Notes: a model not told the origin generated them from the letters alone. A stretch of DNA of 64,000 nt from Squalus acanthias (GCA_030390025.1 CM059449.1:36332001-36396000), one strand, 5' to 3'; counted from the stretch's first letter, positions 1 through 12,074 are shown. A program made the numbers and translations.

Positions 1-245
1 GATGAGGAGAAATTTCTTCACTCAGAGGGTGGTGAACCTGTGGAATTCTCTACCACAGAAGGCTGTGGAGGCCCAGTCACTGAATATATTTAAGAAGGAT
101 ATAGATAGATTTCTAGACGCAAAAGGCATCGGGGGTATGGGGAGAGAGCGGGAATATGGTATTGAGATAGAGGATCAGCCATGATTATATTGAATGACGG
201 AGCAGTCTCGATGGGCCGAATGGCCAATTCCTGCTCCTATTTTTC
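1..245 (+). mobile_element. CR1 LINE 3' end
   Basis: ORF2 C-terminus RRNFFTQRVVNLWNSLP, followed by the family 3' UTR (GGGCCGAATGGCC...CCTGCTCCTAT). Confidence 0.9.
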
Positions 246-257
246 AATGTTTGTATG

Positions 258-636
258 ACACTCCAGTGCAGTACTGAGGGAGTGCCGAACTGTCGGAGGT
301 GCCGTCCTTCAGATGAGATGTTAAACCGAGGCCCTATCTGCCCTCTCAGGTGGATGCAAAAGATCCCATGACACCAGCTCGAAGAAGAGCAGGGGAGATC
401 TCTCCGGTTTCCTGGCCAATATTTATCCTTCATTCACGATCATTAAAAACAGATTATCATTATCACACCACTTTTTGCGGGAACTTGCTGTGCGCAACTT
501 GGATGCCGCGTTTCCTACATTACAACAGTGACTACCCTGAAAACGAAAGTACTTCATTTGCTGTAAAGCACTTTGGGACGTCCTGAGGTCGTGAAAGGCG
601 CGCGATATAAATGAAAGTTTTTCTTTTTCTTTCTTT
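258..636 (+). mobile_element. Deu-domain SINE (SacSINE1/AmnSINE1-related), 5' truncated
   Basis: Contains the Deu-like core GGAGGTGCCGTC..CAGATGAGATGTTAAACCGAGGCC...AAAGATCCCATG and a GTGAAAGGCG..ATATAAATG + (TTTC)n tail. Recognised from memory of the DeuSINE consensus. Confidence 0.7.
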
Positions 637-749
637 ATAACAGATATTTACAATTCAAATATAATCCTGGGGCAGGCCAAAGGATTTTCTGCAAAGCCGC
701 TGTGTCATACTTTTACAAACAGGGGTGTAACATTATACCCTCGCCTTAC

Positions 750-855
750 CTCTGTTTTTTCCTCCACATATAGATTAAAACTATAACGATAGCCAGCGAC
801 ACCAGTACACACACGACAATCAGCCCCACATGCTTGACTTTCTCTACTTTTCCTT
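750..855 (-). CDS. MHC class I-like heavy chain, exon 5 (connecting peptide + transmembrane); downstream exon(s) not found
   Basis: TTTTTCAG acceptor and GTAAGG donor. In frame with alpha3: EGKVEKVKHVGLIVVCVLVSLAIVIVLIYMWRKKQ, a hydrophobic run followed by the basic stop-transfer RKK. Not in the ORF track; read manually. Confidence 0.88.
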
Positions 856-1762
856 CTGAAAAATATTGGCAAGGGTTGTATAATTATATGTGCGGATCGA
901 CAGTTGTATATATAATCCGTGGAAATCTATGGCCCTGCTCATGGTAAGTAGGATGATGCGCTGTTTTATATGGACAGTATCCCTACACCATATAATGCAC
1001 AATGTATTATTTCATTAAGGTTTCTTTAAAGCCACAAACTTCACTTTTTGTGAATAAAGCACAGATTCTGGTCAAAGACAGGTGGTCAGGCTGTAAAGGT
1101 GACTGGGGGGTGGTGGAGGAAGAAGCAATGACTGTGAAGAATGAAGCATGGATTCTAGACTGATCGGGGCTGGGCCAGCGATAAGAATGTGCTGCTGGGA
1201 GGCCAGTGGAAAAGGGTTGTGGTCGTGGTGCTCAGCGAGGCAGGGGGAAAGCTAGCAGTCCTCTACCACGCAAACCCCCATGGATCGCTGTGTGAGGGGA
1301 GCCAGGTAGGAAAGTGGCAGAGGTCTGTGTCTGCGAGCCTGGTGAAAGGGGCAATATGAGGGGTAAGTAATGGCAGTTGAATAGATAATGCCACTGTGCC
1401 AGCTCCCAGGGCTGGGGGATCGAGCTTCTGACCGTCCCCGCAGCTCCGTGTGATGGGATGGGGCTCAAGGTGCAAAGTTTACATTTAATTCACACAGTTA
1501 AATGTTTGCCTTCTTTTACTTATCTACAGCAACATGGCTGCTGTCTCCAAAACCCAGACTGCTCCACAGTGCCACTCAGTGGTCAGAGTCTGTAACTGCT
1601 TACAGACTCCGTTTCTTTTATGCGAATTTTCAATGTCCTGCAAGAGCAGGTTTGTGGTATCGTTCAACAATAGGCGGCACCATATCATTTTCAATCTGTC
1701 ACCTAATGTAATGTTAGATTGGTGCAGCAGCTTCGGAATCTTAACCACAGTCACCATTTTCA

Positions 1763-2870
1763 AAATAGACAGATAGAAATCGCGAGATAGATAGATAGAG
1801 NNNNNNNNNNNNNNNNNNNNNNNNNNNNNNNNNNNNNNNNNNNNNNNNNNNNNNNNNNNNNNNNNNNNNNNNNNNNNNNNNNNNNNNNNNNNNNNNNNNN
1901 NNNNNNNNNNNNNNNNNNNNNNNNNNNNNNNNNNNNNNNNNNNNNNNNNNNNNNNNNNNNNNNNNNNNNNNNNNNNNNNNNNNNNNNNNNNNNNNNNNNN
2001 NNNNNNNNNNNNNNNNNNNNNNNNNNNNNNNNNNNNNNNNNNNNNNNNNNNNNNNNNNNNNNNNNNNNNNNNNNNNNNNNNNNNNNNNNNNNNNNNNNNN
2101 NNNNNNNNNNNNNNNNNNNNNNNNNNNNNNNNNNNNNNNNNNNNNNNNNNNNNNNNNNNNNNNNNNNNNNNNNNNNNNNNNNNNNNNNNNNNNNNNNNNN
2201 NNNNNNNNNNNNNNNNNNNNNNNNNNNNNNNNNNNNNNNNNNNNNNNNNNNNNNNNNNNNNNNNNNNNNNNNNNNNNNNNNNNNNNNNNNNNNNNNNNNN
2301 NNNNNNNNNNNNNNNNNNNNNNNNNNNNNNNNNNNNNNNNNNNNNNNNACAGAGAAAAACAGAGAGACAGGGAGAGAGACAGAGAGGGAGACTGAGACAG
2401 AGAGACAGAGAGAGAGACAGAGAGAGAGACAGAGATAGAGCCAGAGAGAGAGACAGAGCGAGGGAAAGACAGAGAGAGACAGACAGAGAGACAGAGAGAG
2501 AGAGAGACAGAGAGAGAGACAGACAGACAGACAGAGAGACATCCAGCCAGACAGACAGAGATATACAGACAGAGAGACAGACAGAGAGAGACAGTCAGAC
2601 NNNNNNNNNNNNNNNNNNNNNNNNNNNNNNNNNNNNNNNNNNNNNNNNNNNNNNNNNNNNNNNNNNNNNNNNNNNNNNNNNNNNNNNNNNNNNNNNNNNN
2701 NNNNNNNNNNNNNNNNNNNNNNNNNNNNNNNNNNNNNNNNNNNNNNNNNNNNNNNNNNNNNNNNNNNNNNNNNNNNNNNNNNTGGGACGGAGAGAGAGAG
2801 AGACAGAGAGAGAGACATATTTAGAGAGACAAGGAGACAGATAGAGAGAAAGACAGACAGACAGATCTGA
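1763..2870. repeat. (AGAG/AGAC/AGAT)n compound microsatellite with two N gaps (1801-2348, 2601-2782)
   Basis: Directly visible in the sequence. Confidence 0.95.
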
Positions 2871-4443
2871 TTATAGGAAGCTGCGTATATGCAGCCCATA
2901 AAACAGACCTTTAATGAACCGATTGTCTAATGGAAGGGATTGTATTAAACAACTGGGAACTGCGCAGGTTGGGCCGCAACATCTGGAACTTGCCCTCAGC
3001 AGAGGATCAGCGCAGTAACCGACCAGAAATACATTTTCAGGTCATAAGGATCATCCTACCTGTTCCCCTGAGGGAGGCACCTTTCCATGGAGAGACCTGA
3101 ATGAGCAGCACCGTTATCTATTAAACAATTTGTGGTAGATTTTCACCGTGCCGCTCTGGTGTGAAATTGTCGCTGTGGATCAGCCGCCTGTCACACAAAC
3201 TGCCCGCTTTTCATTCCCATTGGAGGCAACTCCGGTTTTACACCCGGGCGGCAGGTTGGAAATCTACCCCGCTGTGTCTAAACCAATAGCAGGAGGTTCC
3301 CCTGGAGACATTTGGTGACACTGTTAATCACCAACAGCAATTTCTAGGCTTATCTCCTGGGGTTCCCCTACAGCTGTCCCAACCATCATTCTTGCTGCAG
3401 CTCCTTGCTTTCTGGGCAAAGCCCACCGCCCCCACCTTCCCTGCCTGCAGCTCCCAGTGCACTTCGGCTCATCCCCGCCTCAGAAGCCCAGCCTCAGACT
3501 CACCCTTACCACCAGGCCGCATTATTTTCACCCCTCCCCCCCCCCCCATTTCACTACATTTTAATGACCTTTCCTCACAACACTTCCCCACTCCTCCTCT
3601 AATATCCCAAAGTGAACCGTCCTCTCATTCCCCACCTGAACAAAGAGACAAGAGAAGCAAAAACACACTGAGGCTGAAAGGGAAATAGCTCAGCACAGAG
3701 CCAAAGTTCCAGCTCAGAAACCGAGCAGCTCCATCACCACAGTGAAAGGGAACAACAATGAGAAAGCAGAAACAAAGAGTGAAGCAACAGCAAGTCGGGG
3801 AAATAAAGAGTCTGATGTCTGAGAGTGGGTGGTGAATGTAGATTAATCCATTCTCTAACCCAGATAGACTGTGAACAGGGATTGATTTGTTATCTAACTC
3901 TGAGACCATGCAGTGTGTGTGAGGTGTGTGGGTATGGAGTGGAGATAGACAGCAAGAAGCAATGGGAAATACATCCAGATAAAGCAAGTGTGAGAAGCAC
4001 ACAATGAGGGGTAGGCGCAGATTATGGAAGTGTCAGAAGATAACAGAAATGGACTAAAAGAGAGAGCAAGAATGAAGAACAATCACAGACAGCCTGAAAT
4101 ACACAGATAATAAACGTGTTGTCTGATGTATGAAGAAATAGAGAGAAAGAAGAAGACAGAGAAAGTGATGGACAAGAAAAGACAGTTACAGGGAGTGGAA
4201 GATTTCAATGTTCCTGTTCTTGTCCATCAGCAACAGCCCGGGAGAGCCAATAGTAACCAATAAACATCACTGGGAGACAGAATATCCGGTTCATTTGTAG
4301 AGGAATAGAGTAGTAAAGCAGGGAGGTAATGTGCAATTTGGTTCAGTCATTCATTTCATTGATCTCTTTCTGCTCTCTATCTCTGTATGGGTGAGTGTTG
4401 CTATTATTGATGGATTGTTCAGTATTGCTGCTCATGTCCTTAC

Positions 4444-4710
4444 CCCAGGAGACTGTTTTCCCACCCGGCAAGCTGCTGTGCTCAATATGACAGGAGTATT
4501 GTTTCCCATCATACGGATCAAATTCAAGGGTTGTCGTTAGTTGATACGTCCCATCGTGATTGGGTAATAGCCCAGTAGATTTGGTCTCAGGGGCATGTTC
4601 TCCATTCTTCAACCAGGTCACGCTGATGGACTGTGGATAAAATCCAGTCACAATGCAGTGGAGAAACCAACGATCAGCAGCCCTGGCAATAACTGAGACC
4701 TCAGGGGAAA
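4444..4710 (-). CDS. MHC class I-like heavy chain, exon 4 (alpha3 C1-set Ig domain)
   Basis: 267-nt phase 1-1 exon reading VSPEVSV...LHCIVTGFYPQSISVTWLKNG...LPNHDGTYQ...YSCHIEHSSL...VSW. Has the C1-set signatures CxxxGFYP and YxCxxxH. Confidence 0.97.
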
Positions 4711-4938
4711 CTACATGATAGAACGACAGTTATTTTCAACTTCAATAAAAGTCACACATTTCAAAACAGAATGAATGAAGTCATTTTAACTTTTGCCACT
4801 AATGTAAAACAGGTGATGTCGGATCAGCCGCCTGTTAAAGGAGAATGGGGAGAGGTTCATAACGGAAGCTGATCCAATATCGCCAGTTCTACACTATCTC
4901 CAAAATTTAAATTTACCCCCAGTTTGTTCTGAACTTAC

Positions 4939-5214
4939 CTTGTCTGGTTAGTGAAGCATTTCCAATTGAATAGTATATCCTCCATACATCCACACAGTCA
5001 TTTTCTAATAAGCTCTTGAAATAAAGATTCATCTTTGTTTCCTTATCCCATTTCACTTTGAAGGTCTGAGCTATTGGATCATGTACGGTCCAATCCAATT
5101 TGTCTTTATCGAAACTAAATGAGTATCTTCCATCATAAGCGAACTTCAAAACCCCTACACTAGGATTGGCATCATTCAGCTCACAGCCAAACAGTCCTTG
5201 AATGTAGTGAGTAC
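4939..5214 (-). CDS. MHC class I-like heavy chain, exon 3 (alpha2 domain)
   Basis: 276-nt phase 1-1 exon (the canonical class I alpha2 length) with AG/GTAAG boundaries. Reads THYIQGLFGCEL...FAYDG...AQTFKVKWD...LENDCV...YY, with both disulfide cysteines (C101/C164 equivalents). Confidence 0.95.
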
Positions 5215-6144
5215 CTAGAACAGTAATTGAATCGATCAATAGCTACATAATTATCTCATCTATACACCAAATCTCAGAATTTCAGTTATTCTTTAGTTAC
5301 TCTTTCCATTACTATGTGTAGAAATGGAATTTAGTGTCTAAAACAAGGTTCATCACACAGGGACATAGAATTTACAGCACAGAAAGAGAACAATTGGCAC
5401 CAAAGGTAAACGGCAGCTGCCTGCTGTAATATTCCTGCTATATTAGGTGTTCAGACCTGCATGAAAAACCCCAACAGTGTCCTAACCAATGTCTTCTGTA
5501 AGTCAATATCAAGTCCCTGATGTTATACTCAATGACCCATTGAGCAAAATACAGACGAGGTGAAATTGGTCTTTGCCAGTAGTGCGAAATGGTCTCATAG
5601 CGAATCAGCATTCGTTTTACACTCCACCCATTGTTCTTCTAATAACTTCAAAGATATAAAATGGGCTGTCAATTCACCATGGCCCCAATGGAAGGGAAGA
5701 TTGGGCGGAGTGTGTAATGGGTGGCCGATCCAATATCACTCATTTTACACTGTCACCAAAAGTTAAAATTACCCCTCACATATGCAACACCACAGGACAT
5801 TGAGTAGAAAATTTAAAACTCTTACATCTGTGTGTAATTCCTGTCCACAAAAGCATACTTCCTGTTGTCATATTTCTATTACATTTGTGTTAACAATTCC
5901 CTTTATAAAATCCTATGTCCACCTTAAAAAGGAAGCTGCCACCGTCGGCTGGTCATGCTGTAATTACACCCTCCCACCGGTGGTGGCACTGTCGGACTTA
6001 GCTTTGCATTTCCCAGAGAAACTGCGGTGCACCAACCAATTCTACTTCACTGCTTCCCAAATTGAATAAATGTTGGTATTTAACTATAAATCTAGCTATA
6101 TTTTATTAGAAATGTTATGTACTACCTGTCCACACAACCTACTA

Positions 6145-6700
6145 CGTACAGTTTTGGTCCCCTTATTTAAGGAGGGATATACTTCCATTGGAGGCAGTTC
6201 AGAGAAGGTTCACTAGGTTGATTCCTGGGATGGAAGTGTTGTCTTATGAGGAAAGGATGAGCTGGTTCGGCCTGTACTCATTGGAGATTAGAGGAATGAC
6301 AGGTGATCTTATTGTTACATATAATATTCTGAGGGGGTTGGACAGGGTTGATGCTGAGAGGGTGTTTCCCCTCGTCAGGCAATCTAGAACGAGGGGGCAC
6401 AGTCTCAGAATAAGGGGTCGCCCATTTAAGACGGAGGTGAGGAGGAATTTCTTCTATCAGAGTGTCGGGAAGCTTTGCAATTCTTTTCCCCAGAGAGCTG
6501 TGGAAGCTGAGTTATTGAACATATTTAAGGCTGAGATAGGCAGATCTTTGAGGAACAGGGGAATCAAGGGTTAGGGGGAGCAGGCAGCAAAGTGGAGTTG
6601 AGGCCAAAATTGGATCAGCCATGATCGCATTAAATGGCAGAGCAGGCTCGAGGGGCCGAATGGTCTGCTCCTGCTCTTATCTTATGTTCTTATGTTCTTA
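6145..6700 (+). mobile_element. CR1 LINE 3' fragment
   Basis: EAVQRRFTRLIPGM...RGHSLRIRG ORF2 C-terminus with a (TTATGTTC)n tail. Confidence 0.9.
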
Positions 6701-6761
6701 CTTCCTGTTGTCACATTTTTATCAACCTTTGCCCATTATCAATTCCTCTGATTCCTGTTCA

Positions 6762-7095
6762 AAATCATAAAGGCCTTGGATAGAGTGAATAAGGAGTGAG
6801 GTCGTTAACAAGAGGACACAGATTTAAGGTAATTGGAAAACGTGCCAGAGGTGATATGACGGTTTTGTTTACGTGGTGGGTTGTTGTGATCTGGAATGTA
6901 TTACCTGAGAGGGTGCTGGAAGCAGATTCAATAGTGACTTTCAAAAGGGAATTGGATAAATACTTGAAGGGGAATCGTTGCAGGGCTATGGGGAAAGGGC
7001 AGGGGAGTGGGTCTAATTGGATAGCTTTCAAAGACTCGGCACAGGCACGATGGGCCGAATGGCCTCTTTCTGTGATGTATTATTCTATGATTCTA
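6762..7095 (+). mobile_element. CR1 LINE 3' fragment (second subfamily)
   Basis: TRGHRFKVIGKR...WNVLPERV...FKRELDKYL with a TTCTATGA tail. Confidence 0.85.
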
Positions 7096-7913
7096 TATGT
7101 CAACATTTGAAATGGGAGTTGCCGATGAAAAGTCAGCATGTTGCAATTGCACCCTCGCTCCAATGGTGGCGCTGTAATGCCTCAGTTTTTTGTTACCCAA
7201 CTCTTCAGCCTATACTTCTGGAAAACTCCCGTGTATAAACCGACTCTACTTCTCACCTTCACAGTTTTCCAGCAATGTTGTTACTTAACTATAAAATAAC
7301 ATGCCAGAATATTAGCCAATGCTGTCACAATACATGCCAGAAATGATATTAAATTGGGGACTGCGTTATGTTTGCACAGCATAGGCTAACATTCCCTGTC
7401 CTCCAAGCTTGTTACAATGGACTTGACTCCATGAAAGTAATTTTGACTTTGGATGTGTGTGTAAAATGGGCGATATTGGATCGTCCGCCCATTTTGCACC
7501 TCGCCTGATTCTCACGTCCATAGAGGTCAACGGAAGGGAAAATTAGACAGGGAGTATATTGGGTAGTCAGTTCGATATCGCTCATTTTACACTATTGCCC
7601 AAATATAAAATTTACCCCTAATGTATAGAAAACTGCGGGCAGTGCATTATGCATTTCTGATAAGCAACCTGCGGGATATAAGATGGCATTGAAGCCTCAA
7701 ACTTACACATCTACATTAAATATCAAATATGTGCTCACTAATATCACTGAGCAAATGCAATGATATGAATAATAATCCTTCAATTTAATATTGCCAATAT
7801 AATTCAATAGACACAATATTGCCAATATGATTCAATACATGTGTTATTTCCAATGTCATTCAATAAATCTATTACGAATATTATTCATTAAAAGTAATAT
7901 GACCATGCATGGA

Positions 7914-8077
7914 GGGGTTAATTTTAAATTGTGGTCATAGTGTAAAGCGGAAAATATCGGGTCATTGGCTTGTTATAAACCTCGCGCGATTGAAAGGGAA
8001 TCCGAGCGAGGTGTAGAACGGGCGGTCGGTCCAATATTGGCCACTTACTTATTTGCTGAAGAGTTAAAAATTACCCC
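7914..8077. mobile_element. Short palindromic MITE (one of many copies)
   Basis: Termini GGGGTTAATTTT...AAAATTACCCC with internal GTGTAAA/GGGCG arms. Related copies lie at about 3137-3270, 4785-4920, 5560-5775, 7435-7618, 13460-13638, 17355-17540 and 18805-18990. Confidence 0.7.
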
Positions 8078-8088
8078 ATAAACATAAT

Positions 8089-8835
8089 AGGCCAGAAATT
8101 CGGCTCTTCGGCTTCCCGCGGGTGCAAGAATCGTGCGCGTACTTACATACCGCGCCTGCCGTTGTGCTTCGGGCCCACGTGGAATTCGGCTGCTGGGCCT
8201 CCTGCAGCTGCCGGCGTGCAGTGTTCGTGTATCCCAGGGGCGCAGTTTGTGCGAAGCGTCCCCTGGGATCACGTGGGCCATGGAGAGCCAATCGGAGCAG
8301 GGAATCTTCATTCACAGATTTGACAGGAAGACCTGTCAAATCTATGAATAGAGATCGGCCCCAAAACCTCACTAAAACTTCAAATAATTTTTAAAAAAGC
8401 ATCACATTTTTAAAATAACTATATATTACATAAATTAACTACTTTAAACAAAAATTTAAATTTTTGAAAAAATTAATTACACTTTTTAACTGTGCTAAAA
8501 ATAAACTTACCTTTCTTTAAAGTATGTAAAAAAGATAAACCTGTTGAAATTTTTTAAAATTGTACTTAATTCACCACTTACCTTGTTAAAAGCAGGCCTT
8601 GCGCCTCCTTTTTCCCCACGCAGCTTCTCCGTACTAACCCTCATGGAGAAACCTGAAAAAAAATTGAAGTTCGAGGTCTGAGCACTGCTTCTCCAGCGCA
8701 CGCGTTCGACCTCTGAACCCCTTCCTTCAGGGGAACGGAAGTTCCGGTTTCCAGCGCATGTGCAGTGCATGCGCAAAACCAGCACTTTCGTTCAGTCTAC
8801 GGGTGAGTACCCGTGGAGACCCGAATTTCTGGCCC
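8089..8835 (-). mobile_element. ~750-bp non-autonomous TIR element (PIF/Harbinger-like MITE), copy 1
   Basis: TIR GGCCAGAAATTCGG...CCGAATTTCTGGCC with flanks AAT/ATT. The interior is the reverse-complement homologue of the copies at 8888 and 29799. Confidence 0.8.
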
Positions 8836-9379
8836 ATTATGATTAGTTACATGTAAACCACCAGCAAAACAATTAAATAAACATAATGGCCCGAAAATTA
8901 GACCTAATACGTGAGAGTACGCACGGTATACTCTCACGTATTAGATCCCGAATTGCTGGTTTCCTGCATGCACTGCGCATGTGCGGGAAACCGGCACTTC
9001 GTGAATTGAAAAGGGGGCGGTTCCTAAGTGAACCGCGTGCGCGCTACAGGCTGTGCGCACGCAGTGCACTTAGTTTTTTTTCAGCTTTGAATGCGCAGGT
9101 AAGTGGTGAAGATTTTACACACAAAGAAAGCAGGCGTAGGACCCCCTTTTAACAAGGTAAGTAGTTAATTAAGTGTTATTTTAATTTTTTTTCAACAGGT
9201 TTATCTTTTTTAGAGACTTTAAAGAAAGGTAAGTTTATTTTTATAACTTCTAAAAAGATTTTAAATGTTTTCAAAAATTTAATTTTTTGTTTAAAGTGGT
9301 TAATTTATTTAACTATACTTATTTTATTAATGAGAAGTCGCACAACACCAGGTTATAGTCCAACAGATTTATTTAATTT

Positions 9380-9416
9380 TACAAGCTTTCGGAGCGGTTC
9401 GCTCCTTCCTCAGGAA
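9380..9416 (-). ncRNA. Minimal type I hammerhead ribozyme motif (PLE pLTR)
   Basis: Minus strand TTC-CTGAGGA-A-GGAGCG(AAC)CGCTCC-GAAA-GC-TT-GTA: CUGANGA and GAAA core, 6-bp stem II, palindromic AAGCTT stem III and weak stem I. Confidence 0.7.
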
Positions 9417-10995
9417 GGGTAGCAGTGAGAGAATCTCCCAGAATTCACAATATAGACACAGACAAAATCTATTCAAATCTTTCCCTACATCAAAGACACA
9501 CTAAGAGCACAGCCAAGACAATGAGATGTGTCCCAGGGGGTCCAACGTGTCAAAACACCTGCTGGCTGCATATCCTGTCAATTTGTGTTGGTTCTTGTGT
9601 TAGTCTTTTTAAAAAAAAACACCTGGAAAGACCGGCCATGATGTCAAGTCACGTTCTGTATCGTGACATGAACCCGATATCGCGATTGAGGCCATCCTCA
9701 TGAGTGCGGAACTTGGCTATCAGTTTCTGCTCTATGATTTTGCGCTGTCGTGTATCCCGAAGGCCGCCTTGGAGATCGCTTACCCGCAGATCCGAGGCTG
9801 AATGCCCCTGGCTGCTGAAGTGTCCCCGACTGGGAGGCAACCCTCCTGCCTGGCGATTGTTGCGCGGTGTCCGTTCATACGTTGTCTCAGTGTCTGCATG
9901 GTCTCGCCGATGTACCATGCTCTGGAGCATCCTTTACTGCAACGTATCAGGTAGACAACGTTGGCCGAGTCACATGAGTATGTACCGTGTACCTGGTGGG
10001 TAGTGTCCTCACGTGTGATGATGGTATCTGTGTCCATGATTTGGCATGTCTTGCAGAGGTTGCCGTGGCAGGGTTGTGTGGTGTCGTCGTTGCTGTTCTC
10101 CTGAAAGATGGGTAATCTGCTGCGAACGATGGTACTTTTGAGGTTAGGCGGCTGCTTGAAGGCGAGTAGTGGAGGCGTGGGGATGGCCTTAGCAAGGTGT
10201 TCGTCGTCATCGATGACATGTTGACTAACGAAGACTAACATAAGAACCAACACAAATTGACAGGATATGCAGCCAGCAGGTGTTTTGACACGTTGGACCC
10301 CCTGGGACACATCTCATTGTCTTGACCTCTGAACCCCTTCCTTCAGGGGAACGGAAGTTCCGGTTTCCAGCGCATGTGCAGTGCATGCGCAAAACCAGCA
10401 CTTTCGTTCAGTCTACGGGTGAGTACCCGTGGAGACCCGAATTTCTGGCCCATTATGATTAGTTACATGTAAACCACCAGCAAAACAATTAAATAAACAT
10501 AATGGCCCGAAAATTAGACCTAATACGTGAGAGTACGCACGGTATACTCTCACGTATTAGATCCCGAATTGCTGGTTTCCTGCATGCACTGCGCATGTGC
10601 GGGAAACCGGCACTTCGTGAATTGAAAAGGGGGCGGTTCCTAAGTGAACCGCGTGCGCGCTACAGGCTGTGCGCACGCAGTGCACTTAGTTTTTTTTCAG
10701 CTTTGAATGCGCAGGTAAGTGGTGAAGATTTTACACACAAAGAAAGCAGGCGTAGGACCCCCTTTTAACAAGGTAAGTAGTTAATTAAGTGTTATTTTAA
10801 TTTTTTTTCAACAGGTTTATCTTTTTTAGAGACTTTAAAGAAAGGTAAGTTTATTTTTATAACTTCTAAAAAGATTTTAAATGTTTTCAAAAATTTAATT
10901 TTTTGTTTAAAGTGGTTAATTTATTTAACTATACTTATTTTATTAATGAGAAGTCGCACAACACCAGGTTATAGTCCAACAGATTTATTTAATTT

Positions 10996-11032
10996 TACAA
11001 GCTTTCGGAGCGGTTCGCTCCTTCCTCAGGAA
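10996..11032 (-). ncRNA. Minimal hammerhead ribozyme motif, duplicated copy
   Basis: Identical to 9380-9416, offset by 1616. Confidence 0.7.
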
Positions 11033-12037
11033 GGGTAGCAGTGAGAGAATCTCCCAGAATTCACAATATAGACACAGACAAAATCTATTCAAATCTTTCC
11101 CTACATCAAAGACACACTAAGAGCACAGCCAAGACAATGAGATGTGTCCCAGGGGGTCCAACGTGTCAAAACACCTGCTGGCTGCATATCCTGTCAATTT
11201 GTGTTGGTTCTTGTGTTAGTCTTTTTAAAAAAAAACACCTGGAAAGACCGGCCATGATGTCAAGTCACGTTCTGTATCGTGACATGAACCCGATATCGCG
11301 ATTGAGGCCATCCTCATGAGTGCGGAACTTGGCTATCAGTTTCTGCTCTATGATTTTGCGCTGTCGTGTATCCCGAAGGCCGCCTTGGAGATCGCTTACC
11401 CGCAGATCCGAGGCTGAATGCCCCTGGCTGCTGAAGTGTCCCCGACTGGGAGGCAACCCTCCTGCCTGGCGATTGTTGCGCGGTGTCCGTTCATACGTTG
11501 TCTCAGTGTCTGCATGGTCTCGCCGATGTACCATGCTCTGGAGCATCCTTTACTGCAACGTATCAGGTAGACAACGTTGGCCGAGTCACATGAGTATGTA
11601 CCGTGTACCTGGTGGGTAGTGTCCTCACGTGTGATGATGGTATCTGTGTCCATGATTTGGCATGTCTTGCAGAGGTTGCCGTGGCAGGGTTGTGTGGTGT
11701 CGTCGTTGCTGTTCTCCTGAAAGATGGGTAATCTGCTGCGAACGATGGTACTTTTGAGGTTAGGCGGCTGCTTGAAGGCGAGTAGTGGAGGCGTGGGGAT
11801 GGCCTTAGCAAGGTGTTCGTCGTCATCGATGACATGTTGACTAACGAAGACTAACATAAGAACCAACACAAATTGACAGGATATGCAGCCAGCAGGTGTT
11901 TTGACACGTTGGACCCCCTGGGACACATCTCATTGTCTTGGCTGTGCTCTTAGTGTGTCTTTGATGTAGGGAAAGATTTGAATAGATTTTGTCTGTGTCT
12001 ATGTTGTGAATTCTGGGAGATTCTCTCACTGCTACCC

Positions 12038-12074
12038 TACCTAAGGAAGGAGCGAACCGCTCCATAAGCTTGTA
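12038..12074 (+). ncRNA. Degenerate hammerhead motif in the inverted pLTR
   Basis: TAC-CTAAGGA-A-GGAGCG(AAC)CGCTCC-ATAA-GCTT-GTA. Both catalytic boxes are mutated (CTGA to CTAA, GAAA to ATAA). Confidence 0.6.

Larger units (their letters stand above)
8708..11939. repeat. 1616-bp head-to-tail tandem duplication (8708-10323 = 10324-11939)
   Basis: Identical ORF sets are offset by exactly 1616. The junction CTT|GACCTC at 10323/10324 has 1-bp microhomology. No differences were noticed by eye. Confidence 0.95.

Noticed and set aside
1080-1480. Possible L2-type LINE 5'/endonuclease remnant on the minus strand
   Set aside because: No intact diagnostic motif could be read.
1760-2899. 379-aa ORF
   Set aside because: Artefact of a microsatellite plus N runs.
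8886-9152. Repeated 88-aa ORF MARKLDLIRES (also at 10502)
   Set aside because: Lies within a non-coding MITE. It repeats only because of the tandem duplication, and the frame is not preserved in the copy at 29799.
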